A stretch of DNA of 64,000 bases from Felis catus (taxonomy: Eukaryota): positions 111,044,001-111,108,000 of the forward strand of contig NC_058368.1 in NCBI RefSeq assembly GCF_018350175.1. The letters are read 5' to 3'. Below the pieces are notes generated by a model, which saw nothing but the letters and a program-made list of their open reading frames with translations, did not search any database and was not told the origin of the DNA. The position numbers were made by a program, and so were the translations under genes. Each line of letters begins with the position of its first letter. Position 1 is the first letter of the stretch. This document shows positions 1-10,790 of this stretch, piece after piece.

Positions 1-352
1 GAGGGATGATGATGACCGCCAGGAGCCCTAGGCCCAGCTCCCACGCCATGAGGGACAAATAGAGGGAGAAGTTCCAGGCATTGGGCCCATGGGGGACCCA
101 GCTGCCAGTCACAGGGCAAGAACTGCACTTCTTTAATATACTTCTTTAATATACTCACAGAGACAGCGTTGGCACCATGCCATACACATCTTGACTGTGT
201 AACAAATCACTGCTCAGCATCTGACCAGGTAGTTTTGTTAGTTTCTATACCTGTCTCCTGCACTGTGAATATTAATTGCAGATGAAATTTCTCATTCCGC
301 TGTCTAGCCCTAGGCCTAGCCTGTGGGATAAGCAAAAGGAGAGGCCACATTT

Positions 353-473
353 TAGAATGACAGATTTAGTGAAATAAAAGTACTGAACACCTGACTAAAT
401 TTGAATTTCAGATAAACAACAAATCATTTTTTTAGTGTAAGCATATCCCAAATGCATTTTCTGCTGGCCACCC
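353..473. mobile_element. MER53-like hAT MITE, internally deleted
   Basis: CAGATTTAG..AAATAAAA..TAAATTTGAATTTCAGATAAACAAC..TTTTTTAGT.TAAG matches the recalled MER53 left arm; ends CTGGCCACCC. Confidence 0.75.
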
Positions 474-639
474 CACCACATTTTCCCATCCATATTTAAG
501 ACTTTGAAAGAAAATAAATGAATGCATGGATGAATGAAGAGGAAGATCAACAGGACAGAAAAGATCACAGAGATGTAATTAATGAATACCTGACATGTTT
601 TTGTCCATTGAAAATATTTTCTTTTGATTTTTCTTAAAA

Positions 640-797
640 AAAAATTGTTTTTAATGTTTTTATTTATTTTTGAGTCAGAGAGAGACAGAGCATGAGCAGG
701 GGAGGGGCAGGGACAGAGGGAGACACAGAATCCGAAGCAGGCTCCAAGCTCCAAGCTGTCAGCACAGAGCCCAACGCGGGGCTCAAACTCATAGAGT
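640..797 (-). mobile_element. Can-SINE (SINEC_Fc), 5'-truncated
   Basis: Antisense body GAGACACAGAATCCGAAGCAGGCTCC..GCTGTCAGCACAGAGCCC; head missing; CTTTTGATTT repeated at 621-630 and 804-813. Confidence 0.9.
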
Positions 798-836
798 GCC
801 CTGCTTTTGATTTCTCTCTTAAAAACTTTTTATTTT

Positions 837-1074
837 GGGGGCGCCTGGGTGGCGCAGTCGGTTAAGCGTCCGACTTCAGCCAGGTCACGATCTCGCGGTC
901 CGTGAGTTCGAGCCCCGCGTCGGGCTCTGGACTGATGGCTCAGAGCCTGGAGCCTGTTTCCGATTCTGTGTCTCCTTCTCTCTCTGCCCTTCCCCCATTC
1001 ATGCTCTGTATCTCTCTGTCCCAAAAATAAATAAACGTTGAAAAAAAAAAGACATAATTTCTGTTTAAAAAAAA
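837..1074 (+). mobile_element. Young Can-SINE (SINEC_Fc subfamily)
   Basis: GGGGGCGCCTGGGTGGCGCAGTCGG head, B box GAGTTCGAGCC, CpGs retained, AATAAA tail; perfect 16-bp TSD AAAAACTTTTTATTTT (821-836/1075-1090). Confidence 0.97.
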
Positions 1075-1090
1075 AAAAACTTTTTATTTT

Positions 1091-1330
1091 TTGTGAAAAT
1101 AATGTATACACACAAAAAGTCAAATAGGACTAAAAGGCGTATCGTGGAAAATAGCAGTTCCCCAGGGCGCCTGGGTGGCTCAGTCGGTTGGGCGGCCGAC
1201 CTCGGCTCAGGTCATGATCCCGTGGTTCATGGGTTCAAGCCCTGCATCAGGCTCTGTACTGACAGCTCAGAGCCTGGAGCCTGCTTTGTGGATTCTGTCT
1301 CCCTCTCTCTCTGCCCCTGCCCAGCTTATA

Positions 1331-1391
<61 letters not shown>

Positions 1392-3322
1392 AAATAAAGC
1401 ATTAAAATTTGGGGGGGGGGGGAAGAAAATAGCAGTTCCCTGTCCCACATAAACCCAACCCCAGCCTGATACCCAGAGGTACCCAGTTAAATAAATAAAT
1501 AATCTCTTTCAGCTGTTTCTGCCAGTTTTAACCACCTCCTCCATTTCTCTAAATAATATGCTTGTAGTGTTATTTTGTTGATTTGTCAGTTTTAGACATT
1601 ATCCATTTTCTTGCAATTATGGGAGATGAGGCTTTGCTTCTTTTATCCACTGCCACCTGCATCCTCCTTCCCTTTCCCCCAGCTTCTCAGAGCTGTTTAT
1701 TACAATCTCTGGTTAAATCAATAATCTGTGTTTACATTACTGTGGCTACGTAAATTTTCTTGGTGCAGCATTTATTTGCTTTCACAGTTTATGTGTCATG
1801 GGGTTTGTTTGTTTGTTTGTTATAGGTCGCAATAGCTCTGTGTTTTCTATTTACTCAGTTTTTTTATAAACATATTGCTAACTCTCATAACTGGCTAATA
1901 GCCCCTCAATATAATTTTCCACTTGGGCATACTGGTCAGGTAATCTGGCCATCTCTCACCTGAAGTCCTCTATCCTCTGGCTCAGAGGGGAGCTCTTGCC
2001 CCTGGGCCTTCTGCCTCACTGTCATCCAGGCTCTCCTTCAGCATCTCTATGGGCATCCCTTTGCCCTTTCCTGGGCATGTCTTCCTCATTCTTGGACTAT
2101 TCTTTTATTTGGGTAGAGATCTTCCTGAGAAAGGGAGTGTGAGAGGCACATTATTTGTGGTCTTTTGGGTCTGCAAACATCTCTTATTCTACCATTTCCT
2201 GTAACTAATGGTTTGGGTTTAGATGTCTAAGCTATAACTCATTCTCTTTCAGAGTTCTAAAGGCCTGACTCCATTATCTCCCAGCTTCCAGTGTTGCTGT
2301 TGAGGAGTCTGGTGCCATTCTGATCCTCAGTCCTCTCAGTTGACCTGTTTTTCCTCTCTGAGTCCTTTCAGGGTCTTTTCTTTATTATCCCTGGTGTTCT
2401 GACATTTCATGGATAATGAACCTTGAAGTAGAAACCTTATTTTCTCTCCCTGAGGATTTTATAGCATTTTTAAAGCTTTCTTCTCCCTGAACTTAGGCAT
2501 TCTTCCTCTCCTCCCCTTCCCCACATACCTGTTTCTCATGTCTGAAGCTTTCCTTAAATGTCTGAGGATCTCAGCTATCTGATAATATCTAAGAATTATG
2601 CTTTGATCAGCATGCTTAGATGGAACTTGTCAAACAGCAAACTTCCCTGTAGAGGTAGTTGGTCATGAGCTGGCTCTTCCATTGAAGGTTTGTATCCATA
2701 TCATGTCTGTATCTGTAGGTCTTTCCCTTGAGTTTGCTCAGCTTCTATAGAAGAGGGTTCTTTAGTCTCCATCCTGGGAGTAAGTGCTGTGTCTGGCTGC
2801 ATGAGGAAAAGGGGCTGGGATTTTACCTTTCGGTATCTAGACTTCTGCTGTTGTCTGTATTCTCTGCACTTTATTCACACCCTCCACACTGCCTGATGTG
2901 CTGATCCAAATTCCCCAGTGAGCACCACAGATGCCCTACAGGAATGGACAAGGTGTAGAACCCCTTTGCCCCTGGGGACTGTGCTCTCACACAGCCTCCA
3001 CTAGCCCCCTCCCATTTGCAGCTCTGTCCTCCTTGTCCCCGACAGCTAAACAGCTAGGCCTGCCTCTCCCCTCAGAGCCCCTTTGCAGGAATCAGGCCTT
3101 CAACCTCCCCCGGGCTGCTGTGTGACTCACCACTCCTTCCTGTGCTTCCCACCTTCCAAAAATGTGCTTCCATCCTTTGTCTGCTGCTGTCTCCCCGCCT
3201 GTTCTCATAGACCTTGTGGATTTGTAACTCTTTTTACTCCTTTATAGTTGTTTTTAGTAGAGTTTTGGGAGGGAGCAGATGGAGATTCATGAGAGTCTCT
3301 TCTGCCACATTTACCCAGAAGT
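1091..3322 (-). mobile_element. HAL1 (half-L1), near full length, interrupted by a SINE
   Basis: 3' motif TAAATAATATGCTT..TTTAGACATTATC; ORF1-antisense block TTCCAGTGTTGCTGTTGAG..TCTG.TGCCATTCTGATCC at ~2285-2330; 5' terminus reads ACTTCTGGGTAAATGTGGCAG on minus. Confidence 0.7.
1165..1424 (+). mobile_element. Can-SINE with expanded (CT)n
   Basis: Full head and body; 16-bp TSD GAAAATAGCAGTTCCC (1147-1162/1425-1440). Confidence 0.97.
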
Positions 3323-4029
3323 TCTTTTAGGGTTCATTTTCACTCTGAAAGCTCTTGAGGGGAACAATTTCCAGACCCCGTTCTGAAAGAATGCCTGCTG
3401 TCAGTCAAAACAATCACTTTTTATTTTATTTGGGGGTAGGCATTTCTTTATGGGAAAGGATTTCAAAGTCCAAACACACACATTGTTCAATCGTTTTAGT
3501 AAAACACTCTTGACCTTTTGAACAAGATCCAAATGCGGTCCTCTGCTTTTGTCTAGGACTGGGGGACAAAAAAGCATGAGAGGCATTTTGAAACATGGCC
3601 CTGGCCCCAGTGCTTACCAGACCTGCTCTGTCTCCGACTTGAGTAAAAGCAAGGAGAATGCTGAAATGCCATGTCCTTGGAATCAATCATGAGCCCCACC
3701 TCTCCTGCTATCCTGTGTTTACACATTACTACTTATTGGGTTGTATCTGCTGGCTGATCTCCTTTCATCTGCAGGCCACACAAAACTCTCTTCACTTAAA
3801 ATTGCACACAAGGTACTTGAATCAAGAGGGGCATTTTAGCAATAATTCCTCATTCCTTTTATTGGAGGACTCAGCGTCTTAAGGAGGGTTCACTGTTGTT
3901 TCAGTGTGTTCTGCTGTGCCCAGCTGACACCTAAAGTCCAGATAAGCAAAGGAGAGAAAGCAGGGCCAGGAGACTGACTCAGGGAGAGGTGGCTGTATAG
4001 GGTGGGGCATGGGGTAGGCAGGAAAATGA

Positions 4030-4215
4030 GTGGACCAGGATGGAGAGGGCCTTGAACGCCACACTAAGAATTTTGTGCTTTCCTGCAGGCAGCATGAGCT
4101 ACTCAAGGATTTTTAGCAGGAGAATGACAGATAAACTATGCTTTAAGAAAATCAAACTGATAGCTGTGGTTGAGAGGGTTGAGAACAGAGAGATGCTGGA
4201 GTCTAGGCAGGCAGG
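4030..4215 (-). mobile_element. L2 fragment
   Basis: AGGGCCTTGAA.GCCA..CTAAG..AAGGATTTTTAGCAGG..TGACA: typical L2 antisense. Confidence 0.75.
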
Positions 4216-4223
4216 CAGACAAA

Positions 4224-4610
4224 GTAGTTCTTAATCCTGGCTTCATAGATCACTGGAAGAGCTGTTTAAAACATCCTGATCCTGCCCTCTACCTTGAGAG
4301 ATTTGACTTCAGGTGGTCTGAACCAAAGGAGGGAGGCAACCAAGAATCTGTGTTCCTTTTTTTTTTTTTTTTTTTAATGTTTATAATTTTTGAGAGAGAG
4401 AGCAAGTGGTGGAGGGGCAGAGAGAGAGAGAGAGACAGAGACACAGAATCTGAAGCAAACCCAGGCTCTGGGCTGTCAGCACAGAACCTGGCACAGGGCT
4501 CGAATTCATGAGCTGTGAGATCATTGACCTGAGCTGAAGTCAGACACTTAACCAACTGAGCCACCCAGGGGCCCCAAGAATCTGTATTCTTAAAACATTC
4601 CCCAGGTGCA
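4224..4610. mobile_element. MER5-family hAT MITE split by a SINE
   Basis: GTAGTTCTTAATCCTGGCT..ATCACTGGAAGAGCT.TTTAAAA ... ATCTGTATTCTTAAAACATTCCCCAGGTG. Confidence 0.6.
4357..4575 (-). mobile_element. Can-SINE
   Basis: Poly-T, GA repeat, antisense head CCACCCAGGGGCCCC; TSD AAGAATCTGT(G/A)TTC. Confidence 0.96.
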
Positions 4611-5024
4611 GCACTGAGCTGGAAAGCTATCGTGACAAACCAATAAAGGGGACCAGGCCTCAAACTTTTGAGGCAGAGGAGGAAAGAGATTAGAGGGAGG
4701 CTGCCACCTGGAGAAGGGAAGGAGGAGAGGGAGAGGGAAGGAGTCCCACCGTATCCCTGCCTATTTCAGGGCCTCAGGGGAGGAAGATATGAGGAAGACC
4801 ATTACTCTGAGCTTGGAGAGCCAAATGGAAGCTGGTGCCTTCCCCCAGGAAAGCTAGGAGAAAGTCAGATTTGGAAGAAGATGGTGACAGGGGACGTTCT
4901 GTGTACTAAAGGAGTCTGGGAGTCATGAAGTGCATAGAGTTGAAGAAAGGAGACTACAGTTCACTTCCCACTGGTCACCCAAGTACGTGGACACCCCAAC
5001 ATTCCTCTTCTGCAGGAGTCAGAA

Positions 5025-5240
5025 AGTGTGGTGGTTCAGAAATTGGGCTCTGGAATCCAGCAGCCCTGTCCCTGTGACTGTGGGAGCCACTGCCTCCTCA
5101 CCTGCAGAAAGCCAGTGATGGTAGCAGTTGACTCCAGTGTGGCTATTGGGATGACTTAATGATATGCTGCCTGTGAAGGCTGGGCACAGAGCCTGGCACA
5201 CAGGGAACCCTCCATAAATGGTAGCAGTGAGTAATACTAA
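5025..5240 (+). mobile_element. MIR
   Basis: GTGGTT..GGGCTCTGGAATCC head; GCACAGAGCCTGGCACA..ATAAATGGTAGC tail. Confidence 0.75.
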
Positions 5241-5448
5241 AACATGTGAGCTCACTTCTCAAGCCAGGGAGTCGTAAAGTATTTCATTCAGTGTCTCTCA
5301 CTTCTGCAGCTGGCGAGCCGTAAAATATTTCATTCAGTGTTAGGGGACAAGTCCACAGGAAGGCATGAAACCTTTCATTTGTTGCTACCCACTCCAGGTG
5401 GCTTTCTCTGGGTGTGTTTTTGTTGACTCTTTTGCCTTTTATTTCTAG

Positions 5449-5730
5449 GACTCCTAAAGAAATGACAATCCCTTGGCACTGCATTTAATTGGAGAGGAGC
5501 TCAGATACGGGAGATTATAATTATGACGCCTGAAATGTCAAGCTCTTCAAAAGTCTGCCATTGCCCTCACTCTCACCCTGAACAGCTCTGGGAACCCAAA
5601 CCATGCAGTCCCCCAGAGCAAGCCCTGGATCTCTCAGCCAGGCCTCACCTGGGAAATCTGAGTGACGTTGACACGCAGGCCGCAGGAAGACTCACAGTGA
5701 ACTGAGAAGCCTGTGCTGAGCTCAGAAGAG
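5449..5730 (+). other. Candidate non-coding exon
   Basis: TTGAC branch-like site, polypyrimidine tract and TTTCTAG|G acceptor at 5448; GAG|GTGAGT donor at 5730/5731; early stops in all three frames. Confidence 0.3.
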
Positions 5731-5746
5731 GTGAGTTGATGATCTG

Positions 5747-5756
5747 CTATTTATAG
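5747..5756. promoter_or_regulatory. Consensus MEF2 site
   Basis: CTATTTATAG = CTA(A/T)4TAG; motif match only. Confidence 0.35.
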
Positions 5757-6509
5757 CCCCACTAAGAGGCTCTGGCCGCCAGCTCCGTGTGAGGCTGCTG
5801 GAAATGATGCCTTCACAGAGCTAAGAGCACAAAATGCAATTGGTGATTCATGGGCAGCAGCCACTTGAAATCCAAACATTCCTGTGCCCCAGCCCCACTG
5901 GCCTTTCAGATGCCCCCTTTGGAAACATATGGAAGAGATTTGCTAGCCTATGACCTTCTTGTCTGCTTGCGTTTGGGCAGACAGTGAGGATGGACAGATT
6001 CTGCTCCAACAAGGGGCATGAGAAAGGAAGCAGCACTCCTCGGAAAAACACCAAGAGCCTGAGCCTGCCCCTCCCAGAGGCCTTGGCCAGAACCCAGGTC
6101 AGGCTGAGTAAGAGCCAAGCCCTGGGCTCAGGAGGCCACCCTTGGTGCTGGGCCCCAAAGGGACCCAGGGTCAGAGAGAAAGGACAGTTCCTGCTACTGC
6201 CCTCTGTCTTCAGGGACAACACTTGTAATAGAGCAGCTTCCTGATGATGCTTGTTCAACAGAACAAATGTACAATGAGGAAATCCTGGTAGCTTTTTCCT
6301 TTTTCCCCCAATTTCCTAGCCCAGCACCTGTCATCTGAAATAGCTGTTGTTAATTTTCTTTTGGTAACATCTTGGCTTTCAGACCAAAGTCTACTTGGAG
6401 GCCCCAACACAACTAACCCTATGAGAGGAACGTGCTGAGGGTCTCTTAGCTTCCTGCAACCAAGACCAGATTGAAAGGACCAAACTAGGATAATGAGGCC
6501 ATAAACCAA

Positions 6510-6725
6510 CCAGGCTCTGGAGCCACATTGTCTGAGCTCAAATTCCATCTCCATAATTGCCAGCTACTGGGCCTCCATCACATTCCTCCCTAAGACTCAG
6601 TTTTCTTGCTGGTAAAAAGGGATGATAACAGAAACTGCCTCACTGGATTGTCTTATAGACAAAAGAAAGAAACGTATGTAAAGGGGTCAAGCCTGGTGCC
6701 TGGCATATGGAAGTCTCCATTAGTG
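6510..6725 (+). mobile_element. MIR
   Basis: GGCTCTGGAGCCA..CTCAGTTTTCTTGCTGGTAAAAAGGGATGATAA..GTGCCTGGCATAT. Confidence 0.8.
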
Positions 6726-7617
6726 GAAACTGCCGCTATCATGGCTGCTGCTGTGATTGTTTTTGCTATGGTATCTTGGCCCCTATCCTGACATCATGCC
6801 TATGGCAGTCAGGCTCCTCATGGAGGTGGTGCCCTGGGGTGTCAACAGGAACCCTCTATCCAATATGAATATACCACTCATCAGGCTGTTCAGCAAGATG
6901 GACTCCACCACTGAGTAGTTCAGCCCTTTGTGTTGCCTGCCCCTGCCCTTGCCTAGGAATCAGGTGCCTATCCCTCAGGCTTGGACCTTACCCAGCCTTG
7001 ACCACCCCACTCTTCTGCCCCTCTGTGTCCTGGGTGGCCGTTGGGGCTGTCCCGTGGAGGACTTCACCGGAGGGTCCCAGGTGCTAACTTGAGATCTGTA
7101 GCCAGCAGGTTGCCCACCTCACCTACCAGCTGGACATGTATTACAACTGCTGATTCATGAAGGCTCATGTGGCCTTGGTTGTTTGTACATTCTCTCATCT
7201 CCAGCTGTCGGCCAAAACATAATTGTAGCTGTCACTTTGGCAGTGAGATGCTGCGATGTGTCCTAATACAACTGCCTCTGCTCCACAGCAGTGAGCTTTT
7301 AGGAGGTGGGAGGAATCTGCAGCTGCTCCTGTGGAGAGAGCTGTTCTGAAAAGTGGTCTGTGTGATGTTCACCCAGGTGCAGCCATGAAGGTAGTGTGAG
7401 CACCAGAGTAAGGCCCTGCATTTAAACAGGCACTGGTGTGCTTTCATCTGCAGCTATAGTAATGCAATTCTGATGACATCAATTAATAAGAGAGACACTG
7501 CCATTGAAATGAGGCATTTTGAGCATCTGTAAGAGCTTGGAAAACACTGTTAGATGTATATGCAAATTGGACTCCAGTGTTCATGGGATGAATGAATGGT
7601 TAAAACACTGAGGTCCA

Positions 7618-7835
7618 GGGGTGCCTGGGTGACTTAGTCAGTTAAGCATCCGACTTCGGCTCAGGTCATGATCTCACGGTTCGTGGGTTCCAGCCCCGCG
7701 TCAGGTTCTGTGCTGACAGCTTAGAGCCTGGAGCTTGCTTCAGATTCTGTGTCTCCCTCTCTCTCTGCCCCTCCCTGGCTCGCACTCTGTCTCTCTCTCT
7801 CTCAAAAATAAATAAACATTAAAAAACAAAAGCAA
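7618..7835 (+). mobile_element. Can-SINE
   Basis: Full element; 16-bp TSD AAAACACTGAGGTCCA (7602-7617/7836-7851). Confidence 0.97.
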
Positions 7836-7859
7836 AAAACACTGAGGTCCATGGTTTAG

Positions 7860-7996
7860 GGAGATGATGCCAGAGATATAGCTGGGGCCAGATTGGAAAG
7901 CAAGGGACCTAAAGGCCAGGCCATGGAGGTTGGACTTTATCAAGCAGGCAAAAGGGAGCCACTGAAGGACTTAAGGCAGAGAGTGATGTAGTCAGA
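7860..7996 (-). mobile_element. L2 fragment
   Basis: TTGGACTTTATC..GGGAGCCACTGAAGGA..GAGTGATG.AGTCAGA. Confidence 0.7.
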
Positions 7997-9051
7997 CGAC
8001 AGTGGGAGTCTGGGCTCAAACACCCCTAAGTAGTAGCAATAAGGGTAAGACTCTCCCTCTGTATAACGTAGGTATGCTTGGGAAAGTTTCTGGAGCACCT
8101 GGAGCACTGGCTCCTGGATTCAGGGGTGGCTGTGACTTCATGCTTAGTGGGTAAGTGTTGGAAAGGCCAGCCCTAGTCAGGCCAGTTAAGTGTGCAGTCA
8201 GTAAGGGGACATACAGGGCTCATGCCATGTCCTTTTTCTTCAGTCCTTCCAGGCCAGAGTTCATTAAGGAAGCGCTTGTGTGCTGATGTGCTAAATTCAA
8301 GAGACTGCAGACACTTATGCCAAAGGTCAGGGGAGCCTCCTGGGGCTGAGAGATGGTTCCACTGCCTGTGGGTATTGTCTCCCCTATCGTACATACACAC
8401 TTAGAAAACAGCAGATATATATCCAAGTTTGGTTGATGGAGCCCTTCCTAGAAGAAAGGTTTTATTCTCTTGTGCTTAAATAAATACCAGTTTAAAGGAT
8501 GGTTTCATGAAGACAGAAAAATATGAAGCATTGGGACCATGACCAATGGGTGAGCCACCCACGATGATGGAAGCCAGAGCATATCTGGACCATCGTGTAA
8601 GTCAAGAGGAAAACAGGATTCAGGGGACAGAAATTTTGTGTCCCCTCCTCAGAAGGGGATTGTTTTGCAAGCAGGGGTTTGGCAGTGATTCTCGCCTTTC
8701 AGCTGTAAGCTGGCGAGGGCAAAATGCCTTTCAGGTTGTCAGGGGAGGAAAGGCAGGAGGAAGAAATTCCATTCTGGCGTGATCTTCCATCCTTGTTCCC
8801 TGAACTGTGCTACCAGGGGGGCAGGAGGGAGGAGAAGTGGCAGGTGTGGAACAGTGAGGAAGTCTCCTTACCTGAGCAGCTCCTGACACAGGTGGCTATG
8901 GTAGTGGGTGCCTGGAACCCGTTTGCCTATGGTCAGAGCCTGAACCTTATCCTCTTCCCTGATGGCAGGCAGCACATCATAACCACCTCTGGCTACCCTT
9001 GGCTGGCTTGTAGCAATATGCCCAGATGTAGTTTTACCCTATTTCGTTTGC

Positions 9052-9244
9052 TTTTTCTTCTTTTTAAATCTATTTTGAGAGAGGGGGGGAGCAGAGGAGG
9101 GGCAGAGAGAAAGGGAGAGAAAGAATCCCAAGCAGGCTCCGTGATGTCAGTCTGATGTGGGGCTCAATCTCATGAACTGTGAGCTCATGACCTGAGGCAA
9201 GATCCAGAGTCAGATGCTTAACCGACTGAGCCACCTAGGCAGCC
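9052..9244 (-). mobile_element. Can-SINE, older subtype
   Basis: GAATCCCAAGCAGGCTCC..CATGACCTGAG..ACCGACTGAGCCACCTAGGC. Confidence 0.92.
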
Positions 9245-9259
9245 TTCCAGTGAAATTCT

Positions 9260-9336
9260 TTTAATGTGGGACTGGAACTCAGGACCTTAAGACCAAGAGT
9301 CACATGCTCCAACCACCTGAGCCAGCCAGGCACTCC
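9260..9336 (-). mobile_element. SINEC_old-like short tRNA-derived SINE
   Basis: CAAGAGTCACATGCTC..CTGAGCCAGCCAGGCAC. Confidence 0.8.
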
Positions 9337-9463
9337 TTCACAATAAATTTTTAAGAAGTATGCAGTAATGCCTCTCCTCAAATATAAAATGAATGTGTGT
9401 TGAAGATTTAACTTAATTCATCAGTTAATAAGAGAAGCACTCAAATATCACAACTAATCCAAA

Positions 9464-9613
9464 CATTTATTTATTATTTTTGAGAGAGAGCGCGAGCAGG
9501 GGAGGGGCAGGGAGAGAGGATCGGAAGCAGCCTCTGCACTGACAGCAGAAAGCCTGATGCGGGACTTGAACTCACAAACCGCAAGATCTTGACTGAACCA
9601 CCCCGGTGCTCCC
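9464..9613 (-). mobile_element. Can-SINE with internal head deletion
   Basis: Antisense body; TSD ATCACAAC(T/G)AAT(C/T)CAAA (9447-9463/9614-9630). Confidence 0.88.
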
Positions 9614-10544
9614 ATCACAACGAATTCAAAGGAGAACTCAAAATATCACTCATGGTTGTCAGATAAGGGATGCTGAAATGATTTTAGAAATGGGTGCAAA
9701 ACTAGTCAGTGCCCACAAGGCAACAGTTGGTGGTCCTCAGCCAGCCACAGTCTGTGTTTCTGAGAACAGGAATTACATTACTCTCAAACTTCTACAACTT
9801 CACTTCCATCTTTAGAGATGAGAACTGTCTACTCAAAGACAACAGAAGGTAGAGAGAACCTAGGTGGGTTAGTTACTCGGGATGCCCACTAAATTTCAAG
9901 ATCTTTCACAGTTGTTCCCTCCACTTGCAATTGGCTCCCTACCTACATCCATCCTAGGATTTCCTCTGCTCATCACCTCTGCTGCCCTGTTTGTATCAGC
10001 TCACCCAATGGCTTTGCCCATGTTCCAGGTGATGAACCTGGGAAAACCAGCTATCACCTGGGCTGAGCTGGCTGAGTGTTCCCCAGGCTCCAACTCTGCT
10101 TCTGTGGTGGTGGGCCTTGGAGGTGTGAGCCAGGCCATCTCAGGGCTGGTAGTCACATTGGGCCTAGTGTGGGTAGTCACATTAAAAAATGGTTAAGGTT
10201 TTGTGGAAAAAGATCAGATTAGAAATGCAGAGAGAAAAGACCTATGGTCCAGCACAAAAGACAAAGTGTTTGTGTAATGACCATTGAGTTCCTGGGATGA
10301 TTTTCTGCATTTGGATTCTGTGAGAATCCTCCTTTATACTTGGGTGGGTGTCTATTCCAATAATTTCCTATCTAAGAGAATAGCTGACATGCAAGCTGTA
10401 TTATGACCGAGGGGCGTGGGGTGGTGTCTGAGGGTTTCCCACAGAGCCCACCATTTGTGTTGGCACCATGGAGCATTGTATCAGCCCCAAATGGCGGGAG
10501 GCAGAGTGGTCCATCATACAATGGAAAAGAACAAATATCTAACT

Positions 10545-10790
10545 CACCTTGCACCCTTGGACAATCACCTCACCTCCTAAGAACAAGTTTTCTTTTTAAG
10601 TTTGTTTATTTATTTAGTGATCTGTATATCCAATGTGGGGTTCGAACTCAATGACCCTGAGATCAAGAGTCTCATGCTTTTCTGACTGAGGCAGCCAGAC
10701 ACCCCATTAACAAGTTTTCTTATCTTAAAAATGGGAGACAATGCTCCTTTCTGGCTTGCCTCCCAGGGCTGCTATAAGGTTCCTGTGAGA
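10545..10790 (+). mobile_element. MIR core interrupted by SINEC_old
   Basis: CCTTGGACAATCACCTCACCTC..AGTTTTCTTATCTTAAAAATGGG..CCTCCCAGGGCTGCTATAAGG. Confidence 0.65.
10595..10705 (-). mobile_element. SINEC_old-like SINE
   Basis: CCAATGTGGGGTTCGAACTC..CCCTGAGATCAAGAGTC; TSD AACAAGTTTTCTT (10582-10594/10709-10721). Confidence 0.9.

Noticed and set aside
127..155. 13-bp tandem duplication ACTTCTTTAATAT x2 (similar micro-duplications at ~10148, ~11160, ~28721, ~56560)
   Set aside because: Ordinary slippage products with no further structure
395..1452. ORFs of 60-120 aa such as MGAPGWRSRLSV.. and ..SLSLSLS..
   Set aside because: Translations of Can-SINE bodies and (CT)n tracts; the same peptides recur at every SINE
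5271..5340. CRISPR-like repeat-spacer-repeat
   Set aside because: Only two imperfect copies in mammalian DNA, with no cas genes
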